NCBI GenBank assembly: GCA_003009755.1
Contig: PXUB01000028.1
Location: forward strand, 1 to 44,442
DNA: 44,442 bases
Direction of reading: 5' to 3'
Source of the DNA: Thermoplasmatales archaeon SW_10_69_26
Lineage (GTDB): Archaea; Thermoplasmatota; SW-10-69-26
Shown here: in pieces, positions 8,866 to 16,877 of the stretch
Position numbering within the stretch: position 1 is the first letter of the stretch
Layout of the letters: every line of letters begins with the position of its first letter
Notes under the pieces: generated by a model
Seen by the model: the letters and a program-made list of their open reading frames with translations, nothing else
Database searches by the model: none
Told to the model about the DNA's origin: nothing
Position numbers and translations under genes: made by a program

Positions 8866-9549
8866 CTACTCGGCGTAGGCCACCGGGTCCTCGACGCCGG
8901 CCTCGGCGAAGCCCTGCAACCGCAGCTTGCAGGCGTCGCAGCGTCCGCAAGCTTGCTGGCCGCCCTGGTAGCAGGTCCACGTCAGCTCCAGCGGGGCCTG
9001 CAACTCGTTCCCGAGCTCGACGATCTCGGCCTTCGTGAGGTCGACCAGCGGGGCCTGGATCGACACCGGCTGGCCCTCGACGCCGCGCTTGGTGCCCTCG
9101 CGGGCGGCCGTCTCGAACGCGTCGAGGAAGGCCGGCCGGCAATCGGGGTACCCGGAGAAGTCGACGGCGTTGGCGCCGATGTAGATCGTCTCGGCCTCGC
9201 GCGTCTCGGCGAAGCTCGTCGCCAAGGACAGGAACACGAGGTTGCGCGCCGGCACGTAGGTGACCGGGATCTCCTCGCTCATCTCGTCCTCCTCCCGGTC
9301 CACGGGCACGTCCTCGGCCTCGTCGGTGAGCGCCGAGCCGCCCCAGGCCGACAGGTCCACGTCCAGCTCCACGTGCTCGTCCACGTCCAGCGCCTGGGCC
9401 ACCTCGCGCGCGGCACGCAGCTCGCGCTCGTGTCGTTGGCCGTAGCGGATGGTCAGGGCGTCGATGTCGTACCCGTCGGCACGGGCCATCGCGGCCGTCA
9501 CGGTGCTGTCGAGCCCGCCGGACAGGAGGACGAGGGCGGAGGCCATCAC
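8866..9549 (-). CDS. queC: 7-cyano-7-deazaguanine synthase
   Basis: VLLSGGLDS, YGQRH, TYVPARN, SGYPDCRP and TWTCY..CGRCDAC motifs. Confidence 0.97.
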   Translation of the reverse strand: MMASALVLLSGGLDSTVTAAMARADGYDIDALTIRYGQRHERELRAAREVAQALDVDEHVELDVDLSAWGGSALTDEAEDVPVDREEDEMSEEIPVTYVPARNLVFLSLATSFAETREAETIYIGANAVDFSGYPDCRPAFLDAFETAAREGTKRGVEGQPVSIQAPLVDLTKAEIVELGNELQAPLELTWTCYQGGQQACGRCDACKLRLQGFAEAGVEDPVAYAE

Positions 9550-9677
9550 GCCGTCCAGCGGTGCGCCCAGGTTAAACGTTCAGGCCACGCCCCGTGCGAG
9601 TCGGGCACGAGGCGCGCTGCGTGGTCCCCGGTGGAGACCGCAAACCTCATCCTCGCCATCCCGCCTATCGCCGGTGC

Positions 9678-9962
9678 ATGTTCGCACGGAACAGGGTGGT
9701 TGGAGCGGTACTGGCTCTCGCGCTGCTCGGGATGACCTTCGTCCCCGCCGCCGCGGCTTCGAACGATCCCGTCGAGGACGCCTGGCAGACCTACGAACAG
9801 GTCCGCGACGAGGCGCTAGGCGTCTACGATCAGGTGCTCGACGAGGTCCACGAGGCCGTCTGCCTGCTGCTGAAGGACGACAGCGGCTCGACGTGGGGCT
9901 GCATCCAGGTCTTCTACTGCGGCAGCGAGCACTGCATCGAGGGCAAGATCTGGGCGCCCTGA
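9678..9962 (+). CDS. Small secreted cysteine-containing protein (~94 aa)
   Basis: Signal peptide ending PAAAA, an acidic amphipathic helix and four C-terminal Cys. Host-like codon usage from ATG 9678. Confidence 0.65.
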   Translation: MFARNRVVGAVLALALLGMTFVPAAAASNDPVEDAWQTYEQVRDEALGVYDQVLDEVHEAVCLLLKDDSGSTWGCIQVFYCGSEHCIEGKIWAP

Positions 9963-10125
9963 GCGCCGAGGGCGTTCTCTCAAGGGGCCTTGGCCCCTTT
10001 CCTCCTTCTTCTCCTCTCTCGCCGAAGGAATCCGGCACGTTTAACAGGCTGCACGATGCATCGATTCACGCTGGGATGCACCCACCTTTCTGGCTCCGCG
10101 CGAGCCAGGCCTTGGAGGGACAACG

Positions 10126-11277
10126 TTGGAGTCCATCGTCGAAGACGCCGTCAACCGCGTGGCCGAACAGCAGGGATCATCCACCGACGACGGGACACCC
10201 GAGGTCCCGACCGGTGAGGAAGACGTCGGCACGTCCGACGAGGAGCTGGAGGAGCTGCTCGATGGGCTGAACACCGACGTCACCGTGCTCGGCTGCGGGG
10301 GTGCCGGCACGAACACCGTCGACCGCCTGCAGAAGGCCGACATCGCCGGCGCGGACTTCTACGCGATCAACACCGACGCCCAGCACCTGCTCAACTCCGA
10401 GATCGACAACAAGGTGCTCGTCGGCGAGAACCTCACCAAGGGCCTGGGCAGCGGGTCGCTCCCCCAGGTCGGCGAGAAGGCGGCCAAGGAGTCCGAGCCC
10501 GAGCTGCGACAGATTGTCGAGGGCGAGGACCTCGTGTTCGTCACGTGCGGCCTCGGCGGCGGCACCGGCACGGGCTCGGCGCCCGTCGTCGCCCGCTACG
10601 CCCGCGAGGCCGGCGCGCTCGCCATCGCCGTCGTCACCTTGCCCTTCACCGTCGAGGGCGACGTCCGCATGAAGAACGCCGAAGCTGGCCTGGCGCGGCT
10701 GCGCGATGCGGCGCACACGACGGTCGTCATCCCCAACGACAAGCTGTTGGACATCGCGCCCCAGCTCCCGTTGAACTCCGCGTTCCGCGTCGCCGACGAG
10801 GTCCTGCTCCGCTCGATCAAGGGCATCACCGAGATGGTGACCACGCCCGGCCTGGTGAACCTCGACTTCGCGGACTTGCAGACGGTGATGAAGAAGGGTG
10901 GCGTCGCCATGATCGGGCTCGGAGAGGCCGAGGGCGAGGGACGCACCCGGGAGGCGATCGAGGAGGCGCTGCACTCGCCCCTGATCGACGTCGACGTCTC
11001 CCAAGCCACCGGCGCCTTGATCAACGTCGTCGGTGGCCCGCAGATGACGATCAAGGAGGCCGAGTCCGTCGCCCACGAGGTGTTCGACAACGTGCAGCCC
11101 GACTCCCGCATCATCTGGGGCTGCGGCGTCGACGAGGACCTCGAGGGCGAGATCCGGACGATGGTCGTCGTCACCGGCGTCGAGTCCAGCCAGATCCTCG
11201 GCCCCGACAAGAAGGCCAAGCACAAGGCCAAGCAGAAGGCCACCGAGACCGGCGACGATCCCGACTTCGTCCTGTAG
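10126..11277 (+). CDS. ftsZ: Cell division protein FtsZ (FtsZ1-type by context)
   Basis: GCGGAG, AINTDAQHL, GLGGGTGTG tubulin signature and T7 loop NLDFAD. GGAGG lies before the TTG start; located upstream of secE-spt5. Confidence 0.98.
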   Translation: MESIVEDAVNRVAEQQGSSTDDGTPEVPTGEEDVGTSDEELEELLDGLNTDVTVLGCGGAGTNTVDRLQKADIAGADFYAINTDAQHLLNSEIDNKVLVGENLTKGLGSGSLPQVGEKAAKESEPELRQIVEGEDLVFVTCGLGGGTGTGSAPVVARYAREAGALAIAVVTLPFTVEGDVRMKNAEAGLARLRDAAHTTVVIPNDKLLDIAPQLPLNSAFRVADEVLLRSIKGITEMVTTPGLVNLDFADLQTVMKKGGVAMIGLGEAEGEGRTREAIEEALHSPLIDVDVSQATGALINVVGGPQMTIKEAESVAHEVFDNVQPDSRIIWGCGVDEDLEGEIRTMVVVTGVESSQILGPDKKAKHKAKQKATETGDDPDFVL

Positions 11278-11431
11278 GCATCAGGTCCCGTCGACGCTGA
11301 CCGGGAACCTGCCGCTGTCGTCGTCCACCTGGGTCTGGACCGGGCGGCGAGTTGCCCCAAGGCCCTCGCCTGGCCTGTCACCTCGCCGGGGGCCGAGTCG
11401 ACCGGACCCTGCGGTCGAGGGCCGGGACGCA

Positions 11432-11445
11432 AAGGGCTTAAAGGG
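11432..11445 (+). promoter_or_regulatory. Putative BRE/TATA promoter of secE-spt5
   Basis: AAGGGCTTAAAG ~30 nt upstream of ATG 11473. Similar CTTAAG/CTTATC boxes precede genes at 12672, 13173, 19971 and 25722. Confidence 0.55.
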
Positions 11446-11472
11446 GTGTTCTCTGTGCCATCGATGATAGCA

Positions 11473-11739
11473 ATGGCCAAGCGTCAGCGCCCGGGCCACG
11501 AAGACGACCCGGAGTTCGTGGACAAAGCCTGGGAGATCCAGGGTGAGATCGAGTCCCGGGCCTCGCGCATCGGCAAGGGCAAGTACGGGCGCGTCCTCCG
11601 GATGGCCCGCAAGCCCTCGAAGGAGGAGTTCAACCGGATGACGAAGATCACGGCGATCGGCCTCTTCGTGATCGGCATGGTCGGTTTCTTCGTGTTCTAC
11701 CTCATGCGGTACATCCCCGGCGTCCAGCCGGTGAGCTGA
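11473..11739 (+). CDS. secE: Protein translocase subunit SecE / Sec61-gamma
   Basis: KYGRVLRMARKPSKEEF followed by a single TM helix; lies between ftsZ and spt5. Confidence 0.93.
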   Translation: MAKRQRPGHEDDPEFVDKAWEIQGEIESRASRIGKGKYGRVLRMARKPSKEEFNRMTKITAIGLFVIGMVGFFVFYLMRYIPGVQPVS

Positions 11740-11740
11740 G

Positions 11741-12271
11741 ATGGCGGACGAAGCCGACAGCGAGCAACCCGAAGCCGAGGAGACCGATCCCGAGGATCTG
11801 TCCGGTCAGGTCTTCGTGATCAAGACCACCATCAACCAAGAGGAGAACGTCGCCAAGATGGTGGAGTCGAAGGCCGAGCGCGAGGGCGCTCCGATCCTCG
11901 CCGCGCTGGCTCCCAACGAGCTGCGCGGCTACCTCTTCGTCGAGGCGGCCGAACGTCGCCCGCTCGAGCAGATCACGCAGACCATCCGCCACGCCAAGAC
12001 CCTGCTCGACAGCAAGACGGACATCGCCGACATCGAGCACTTCCTCACCCCGAAACCGGCCGTCGAAGGGATCGAGGAAGGCGACATCGTCGAGCTCTCC
12101 GAGGGCCCGTTCAAGGGCGAGCGCGCCCGCGTGCAACGCATCGACGAGAAGGACGAGGAGATCACCGTCGAGCTCTTCGAGGCGATGGTTCCGATCCCGG
12201 TCACCGTCCGAGGAGATCACGTCCGCGTCCTCAAGAAGGACGAGGAAGCCGAGGACGTCGGGGCCGCGTGA
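11741..12271 (+). CDS. spt5: Transcription elongation factor Spt5 (NusG)
   Basis: NGN domain (KTTINQEENVA, LRGYLFVEA) and KOW motif (GDIVELSEGPFKGERARV; VELFEAMVPIPVTV). Confidence 0.97.
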   Translation: MADEADSEQPEAEETDPEDLSGQVFVIKTTINQEENVAKMVESKAEREGAPILAALAPNELRGYLFVEAAERRPLEQITQTIRHAKTLLDSKTDIADIEHFLTPKPAVEGIEEGDIVELSEGPFKGERARVQRIDEKDEEITVELFEAMVPIPVTVRGDHVRVLKKDEEAEDVGAA

Positions 12272-12469
12272 GACGGCGGGTCATCGCGAACCTCGCGTGA
12301 GCGTCGTTGCCGTCTCACGCGGGAGCACGACCGACCGCGGATACCACTGAGGTCGTGCGAACTGCCAGCATCGTTAGCCTGGGGGCTACCGTGCAGGCTC
12401 GATGCTGGCAACCGCGAAACGCTCACCATCGCGAACCTCGCGTGAGCGTCATCGCCGTCTCACGTGCTC
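12266..12469. repeat. Cluster of four hairpins containing a 38-bp direct repeat (12282-12319 and 12427-12464, 36/38 identical)
   Basis: Stems GCGTGAGACGGC/GCCGTCTCACGC, GCACGACC/GGTCGTGC, TGCCAGCATCG/CGATGCTGGCA and ACGCTCAC/GTGAGCGT read directly from the sequence. Confidence 0.8.
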
Positions 12470-12671
12470 TCCTCCGACGATCGTGGCCGTCCTCCCCGCA
12501 GCTGGACGTCCACGTCTCCATCGCGATCGGCCGATCACGGCGCTCGCGGAACGCATCCCCGGCGCCGCTTGCACCTGCAACCAACGCCGAACCCTGGCAA
12601 CGGACCGGCGAGCCATTTCGACGTTCGGGGCAGGAAGCTTAAGTGCCGCCGGTCACACGTCACATCGAAGC

Positions 12672-13028
12672 ATGGCCAGGAACTACAAGGTCGTGGTCGC
12701 CGCCGTGGGCATCCTCCTCGCCGTCCTCGGCGGGCTGTGGGGTGCCTGGGGCCCGGTCATGGCCATGGCCGAGGCCGGCGAGGTGGTCTGGGTCACCCGG
12801 CTGGCGCTCGTCGCCGGCATCGGCGCCGTCGTCGCGGCTGCCAGCGTCATGCGCGGCCGGGTCCCGACCGGCTCGGCGCTGGCGCTCGTGTGCGGCGTCG
12901 TCATCCTCGCCGCCGGCTCGGCCGGTGCCGGGATCGTCGTCGTGCTCGGCGCGACGATGGTCTTCGGCGCTGGGGAGGAGCCTCAACCGGCCGACGTCCG
13001 CGAGGCGCTGCGCAACGTCGCCTCCTGA
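12672..13028 (+). CDS. Small hypothetical membrane protein (~4 TM helices)
   Basis: ATG 12672 lies ~30 nt after CTTAAG; long Gly/Ala/Val-rich hydrophobic stretches. Confidence 0.7.
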   Translation: MARNYKVVVAAVGILLAVLGGLWGAWGPVMAMAEAGEVVWVTRLALVAGIGAVVAAASVMRGRVPTGSALALVCGVVILAAGSAGAGIVVVLGATMVFGAGEEPQPADVREALRNVAS

Positions 13029-13172
13029 CGCCGCCGTCGGGTGGCGGTCTCCCGCCCACCGACGCAGTGCTTAAGTACCCGAGCGTTTTCGCTGGGATCG
13101 CCGCATCCACCGGGGCCGAGGTCGGCCTCGTAGCACGGCCCGCTTGGGCGTGGTCGCGGCAGGTGATTTCCC

Positions 13173-13649
13173 ATGGCTGAAGAGATCGACGTGCTCGTCG
13201 ACGGCGGCGAGGCCTCCGCTGGCCCGCCCTTGGGACCCGCGCTTGGACCGACCGGCGTCAACGTGATGGACGTCGTCGAGGACATCAACGAGAAGACCGA
13301 AGCCTTCGAGGGGATGCAGGTCCCCGTAACCGTCAACGTCGACGACGAGGGCGGCTTCGAGGTCGAGGTCGGCACCCCGCCCACCTCCGCGCTCCTGCTC
13401 GAGGAGCTCGGCGAGGAGAAGGGCTCGGGCGAACCCAACCGCGACAAGGTCGGCAGCCTCGACCTGGATCAGGCGATCCAGGTCTCCGAGCGCAAGAGGG
13501 TCGACCTGCTCGGCAAGAACCAGAAGACGCGCACGCTCGAGGTGCTCGGCACGGCGAGCTCGCTCGGCATCGAGATCAACGGCAAAGACGCCACGCGCGT
13601 CCAGGACGAGATCAAGCGCGGTCGCCACGACGACGCCTTCGAGGGCTGA
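13173..13649 (+). CDS. rpl11: 50S ribosomal protein uL11
   Basis: LVDGGEASAGPPLGPALGPTGVNV, GMQVPV, GTPPTSALL and EVLGTASSLGI motifs; AGGTGA RBS; own TATA-like CTTAAGTA at 13070. Confidence 0.97.
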   Translation: MAEEIDVLVDGGEASAGPPLGPALGPTGVNVMDVVEDINEKTEAFEGMQVPVTVNVDDEGGFEVEVGTPPTSALLLEELGEEKGSGEPNRDKVGSLDLDQAIQVSERKRVDLLGKNQKTRTLEVLGTASSLGIEINGKDATRVQDEIKRGRHDDAFEG

Positions 13650-13771
13650 GGCGCCCCGCGATCTCCCCGGCGTATCCTCCACGATCCGATCCAGCCTCGG
13701 CTGTGTCTGGATGGGGCGGTGAGCTGTCGAGGGCTGGCCGCCGGGCCTCGAGCCGGGACGGTCCTCGCGGC

Positions 13772-14653
13772 TCAGGCTTCGGCTTCGATCTTCGGCTTGC
13801 GGCCTTCCCGCCACAGCTGCTCGAAGTCCTCGTGGATCTCCTCGGCCAGCTCCTTGTCGGTCACGAACACCGAGCCCAAGGTCTGACCCGGTCGAGCGGG
13901 GTTCTCGATCAGCAGGATCACGCCCTCCCGGTCGAGCACGTGGAAGCCGCGGGTCTGCTGGGTCGTGAACCGCATGGTCGGCGCGCCGCCTTCGCCGATC
14001 AGCCCGATCGCCCACTCCTCGGCGGTCTCGAAGGCGCCCTCCTCGTGGACGACGAGCATCCGGAAGTCGACGTGCTGGCGGCGGACGTTCTCCTTGATCG
14101 CCTCGACCGTCTCGCTGGCGCGTTCGACGGCCTCCGGGCTGGCGGACTGCTGGACGGCGGCGTGGTTGACGACCGCGAAGTAGCTCTCCTCGGCCTCCAT
14201 CGCCTTCGTCAGGTGCTTGTCGACGAACTCGTCCCATCCCATCGAGACGCTCCAGAACGGCGACTCGCTGGGCGGCGTGCGGGCGCGCTCGGCGAGCTGG
14301 GTCTCCAGGACCGGCAGCTTCTCCTTGATGGTCTGGAACTCCTGCTCCTTCTTCCGCTGCAGGCGCTGGATCGCCGTCGAGACGTCCCGCGCCATGTACT
14401 TCTTCGGGCGGGACTGCTGGACGTCCACCAGACCCATCGACTCCAGGCGGCTCATCGCGTCGTAGATCTTGCTCGTCGGCACGCCGGAGCGTTCGCAGAT
14501 GTCCTTGGCTTCAGCGATGCCGAGCGGCAGCAGGGCGAGGTAGGCGTCGATCTCGTACTTCGTCAGGCCGAAGTCCTCGAGGATCGTGCGGGCGTCGAGG
14601 ATCGGTCCCTCTTCGTCGGCAACGGCCGGTGTCTCGGTCACTGTGGACGCCAA
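13772..14653 (-). CDS. TrmB-family transcriptional regulator
   Basis: FGLTKYEIDAYLALL..SGVPTSKIYDAMSRLESMGLV..SRPKKY wHTH plus a C-terminal PLD-like effector domain; GGAGGAGGTGG RBS before TTG. Confidence 0.92.
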   Translation of the reverse strand: MASTVTETPAVADEEGPILDARTILEDFGLTKYEIDAYLALLPLGIAEAKDICERSGVPTSKIYDAMSRLESMGLVDVQQSRPKKYMARDVSTAIQRLQRKKEQEFQTIKEKLPVLETQLAERARTPPSESPFWSVSMGWDEFVDKHLTKAMEAEESYFAVVNHAAVQQSASPEAVERASETVEAIKENVRRQHVDFRMLVVHEEGAFETAEEWAIGLIGEGGAPTMRFTTQQTRGFHVLDREGVILLIENPARPGQTLGSVFVTDKELAEEIHEDFEQLWREGRKPKIEAEA

Positions 14654-14673
14654 CCACCTCCTCCCTCAAGAGG

Positions 14674-14757
14674 GTTCACTCCGCAAAGTAGGAGACGATG
14701 GGTTGCGGCCTGAGTTCACTCCGCAACGTAGAAGCCGCTCGGAAAGGGATTATAAGC
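14674..14757 (-). promoter_or_regulatory. trmB promoter with tandem 18-bp direct repeat (putative operator)
   Basis: GTTCACTCCGCAA(A/C)GTAG at 14674-14691 and 14714-14731; TATA box CTTATAAT on the minus strand at ~14749-14756. Confidence 0.65.
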
Positions 14758-14919
14758 TGCCATCCGTAACACGTCCCGCGGTCGACGACCGCGTGCCAGG
14801 GGGCCGTCTTGCCTCATAGGTACCCACCGCAACGAGGTCCCCCTGGCCCAACGTTTCCCTCCCCCAGCCACGCCCGACCACCCGTGGGTCTCTTAACCCT
14901 CGTCCCCCTCCGTTCGGGC

Positions 14920-15213
14920 GTGCCGCGTTCCTCGCGCGAGATCGTCCGCACCGCTGTCGGGCTCGCCGCGCTCGCCCCAGCCGGTGGGCTGTTCGTGCTC
15001 GCCGTCATCCTGATGCGCGACGGCGGCGCCGGCGTCTTCGCCGGCCTCTTCGTCGGTCTGCTGGCCGTCGGGCTGCTGGCGGTCGCGTTCATGATGACCT
15101 ACGCGCCGGTCACGATCGGCAACCTTCTCGGCGACGACGGCGACGACGAACCGCCCCATCCGGACACCGACGGCCGCCCCCCCGAGCCGGACGAACGACG
15201 GCCGCGTCCGTGA
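14920..15213 (+). CDS. Small hypothetical membrane protein (2 TM)
   Basis: GTG 14920 lies ~28 nt after CTTAACCC; two hydrophobic helices and an acidic/Pro-rich tail. Confidence 0.6.
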   Translation: MPRSSREIVRTAVGLAALAPAGGLFVLAVILMRDGGAGVFAGLFVGLLAVGLLAVAFMMTYAPVTIGNLLGDDGDDEPPHPDTDGRPPEPDERRPRP

Positions 15214-15750
15214 TCAGTCCTCCGGCAGGAAGGCCTGCTGGGCTTCGACGACCTCGGTACTATCCGCGCACTCGGCGTAGGCCGCCAGCGGTTGCTCGTT
15301 CATCGCCCAGAAGCTCTCGTGCCAGCCGAACTTGCTCATGGCGGTCTCGGCGTCCTGGCGGCGCCCGAGGATCGTCAACGCCGAGGCCACGGCCTCGACC
15401 GTGCTCAGCTGGAAGGCTTTGCCGTAGTTCACGGGGTTGGCCGCCACGAGGTAGGGCAGGGCCCGCGGTTCGGCCCGGTCGCCGAGCTGCTCGAAGGCTT
15501 CACGAGCGCGCTTCCACGAGCAATCGAGCGCGGCGAGGCCGCTGGTGGCCAGGTGCTCGCGGTCGGCCGGCGATAGCGCCTGGTCGGCGAAGGGATGCAA
15601 CAAGACCGCGCCGCGGGGGACCTCGCGCTCGTCGACGAGCTCGGCCATGTGGAAGCGCTCGAGCTTGCGCGCCGTGCACTTCGCGGGATCGTCGTCGTCC
15701 TCGTGGACGACCAGCACCCGCGACTCCAGCGGCGTCAAGGCGTCGGTCAC
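15214..15750 (-). CDS. tsr3: 16S rRNA aminocarboxypropyltransferase Tsr3
   Basis: [15 protein letters not shown] and [25 protein letters not shown] motifs. Confidence 0.95.
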   Translation of the reverse strand: MTDALTPLESRVLVVHEDDDDPAKCTARKLERFHMAELVDEREVPRGAVLLHPFADQALSPADREHLATSGLAALDCSWKRAREAFEQLGDRAEPRALPYLVAANPVNYGKAFQLSTVEAVASALTILGRRQDAETAMSKFGWHESFWAMNEQPLAAYAECADSTEVVEAQQAFLPED

Positions 15751-15823
15751 CGTCTCACCTCGCCCGTAGGCACGGTGGCCCCGTGTGCGCTGGCACCGGA
15801 TGAGCGTTCCGGCTGGGCGGTGC

Positions 15824-16873
15824 TCACGGCGACACCTCGAGATCGAGTCCCACGTGGGCGTGCCCGGGTCCCATCGTCTTCACGACGCGGGCGCCTTGGA
15901 TCTCGACGTCCACGTCCGCCAACGCCTCGTGGCCGTTGATGAGGTCCCTGCCGTGCTCGATCGGGTCGGGTTGGGGGGCTTCGTCGTGGTAGTGGATGCA
16001 CCCGCCCTCCGGCTTGAGGGCGTCGAGGGCGGTCTCGAGGAAGGCGTCCGTGCCTGGGAGGTAGCCCATGTGCACGCGATCGGCCACCCCGCTGGGCGCC
16101 CCCTCGCGGCAGTCGCCCTCCCGGATCGCGATCGCCTCGCCCAGCTCGTTCAGCGCGCGGTTCTCGCGGAGGAACTCGACCGCCGTGGGGTTGGCCTCGC
16201 AGGCGATCACGCGCGCCCCAGCGGAGGCCAAGGGCAGCGCGAAGTAGCCGATGCCGGCGAACAGGTCCACGACGGTCTCGCCCGGAGCCACCTCGTCCCG
16301 CAACCGGTGGCGCTCGGTCTTGTTGCCGGGGCTGAACATGACCTCCCGCGGGTCCAGGCGGTAAACGATCCCGTGCTCGCGGTGCACGGTCTCGGTGTCC
16401 TCGTCCCCGCACAACAGCCGGGTCTCGGGCTCGCGGAACTCGCCGCTCGAGCCCTCGAGATGCACGACCGAGCTCACGTCGAGCACGTCCGCGTACGCCC
16501 GGGCCACCGTCTCGGCTTCCGGGTGCAGGTCGTCGGGGAGGCGAAGCACGAGCACGTCGCCCAGCTCGGTCCAGCCCGTCGGCACCGCGGCCTGCTGTTC
16601 GGCGTCGAGCACCGGGTCGAGCCGTTCCCGCACGATCTCGATCGGCGGGCGGCGGGGATCGTGCTCGAGCTCGGTCTCGACGAGCCGGGCGCCCTCGAGC
16701 AGCTCGGCCGCGCGAGCCGGCCGCTCGACCGGGATCAGCACCCGCTCGTCCTCCCGATGGACGCGGTAGCGATCGTCTCGCAGACCCTCGCCCCCCAGGC
16801 GCTGGAGCGCGTCCCCGGCGCTGGCCGCCGGGACGCTTACACAAACGCCAAAGGGAGGGGCCGCCGTGGTCAT
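15824..16873 (-). CDS. Trm5/Taw2 (Met-10+)-family SAM-dependent tRNA-modifying transferase, probably Taw2-like
   Basis: Trm5-like N-terminal domain, [32 protein letters not shown] and IHYHD. MGY instead of NLP favours Taw2/TYW2. Confidence 0.85.
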   Translation of the reverse strand: MTTAAPPFGVCVSVPAASAGDALQRLGGEGLRDDRYRVHREDERVLIPVERPARAAELLEGARLVETELEHDPRRPPIEIVRERLDPVLDAEQQAAVPTGWTELGDVLVLRLPDDLHPEAETVARAYADVLDVSSVVHLEGSSGEFREPETRLLCGDEDTETVHREHGIVYRLDPREVMFSPGNKTERHRLRDEVAPGETVVDLFAGIGYFALPLASAGARVIACEANPTAVEFLRENRALNELGEAIAIREGDCREGAPSGVADRVHMGYLPGTDAFLETALDALKPEGGCIHYHDEAPQPDPIEHGRDLINGHEALADVDVEIQGARVVKTMGPGHAHVGLDLEVSP

Positions 16874-16877
16874 ATCG

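Noticed and set aside
12282-12464. Mini-CRISPR array
   Set aside because: Only two repeats, a 107-bp internally palindromic spacer, and no cas genes in the window.
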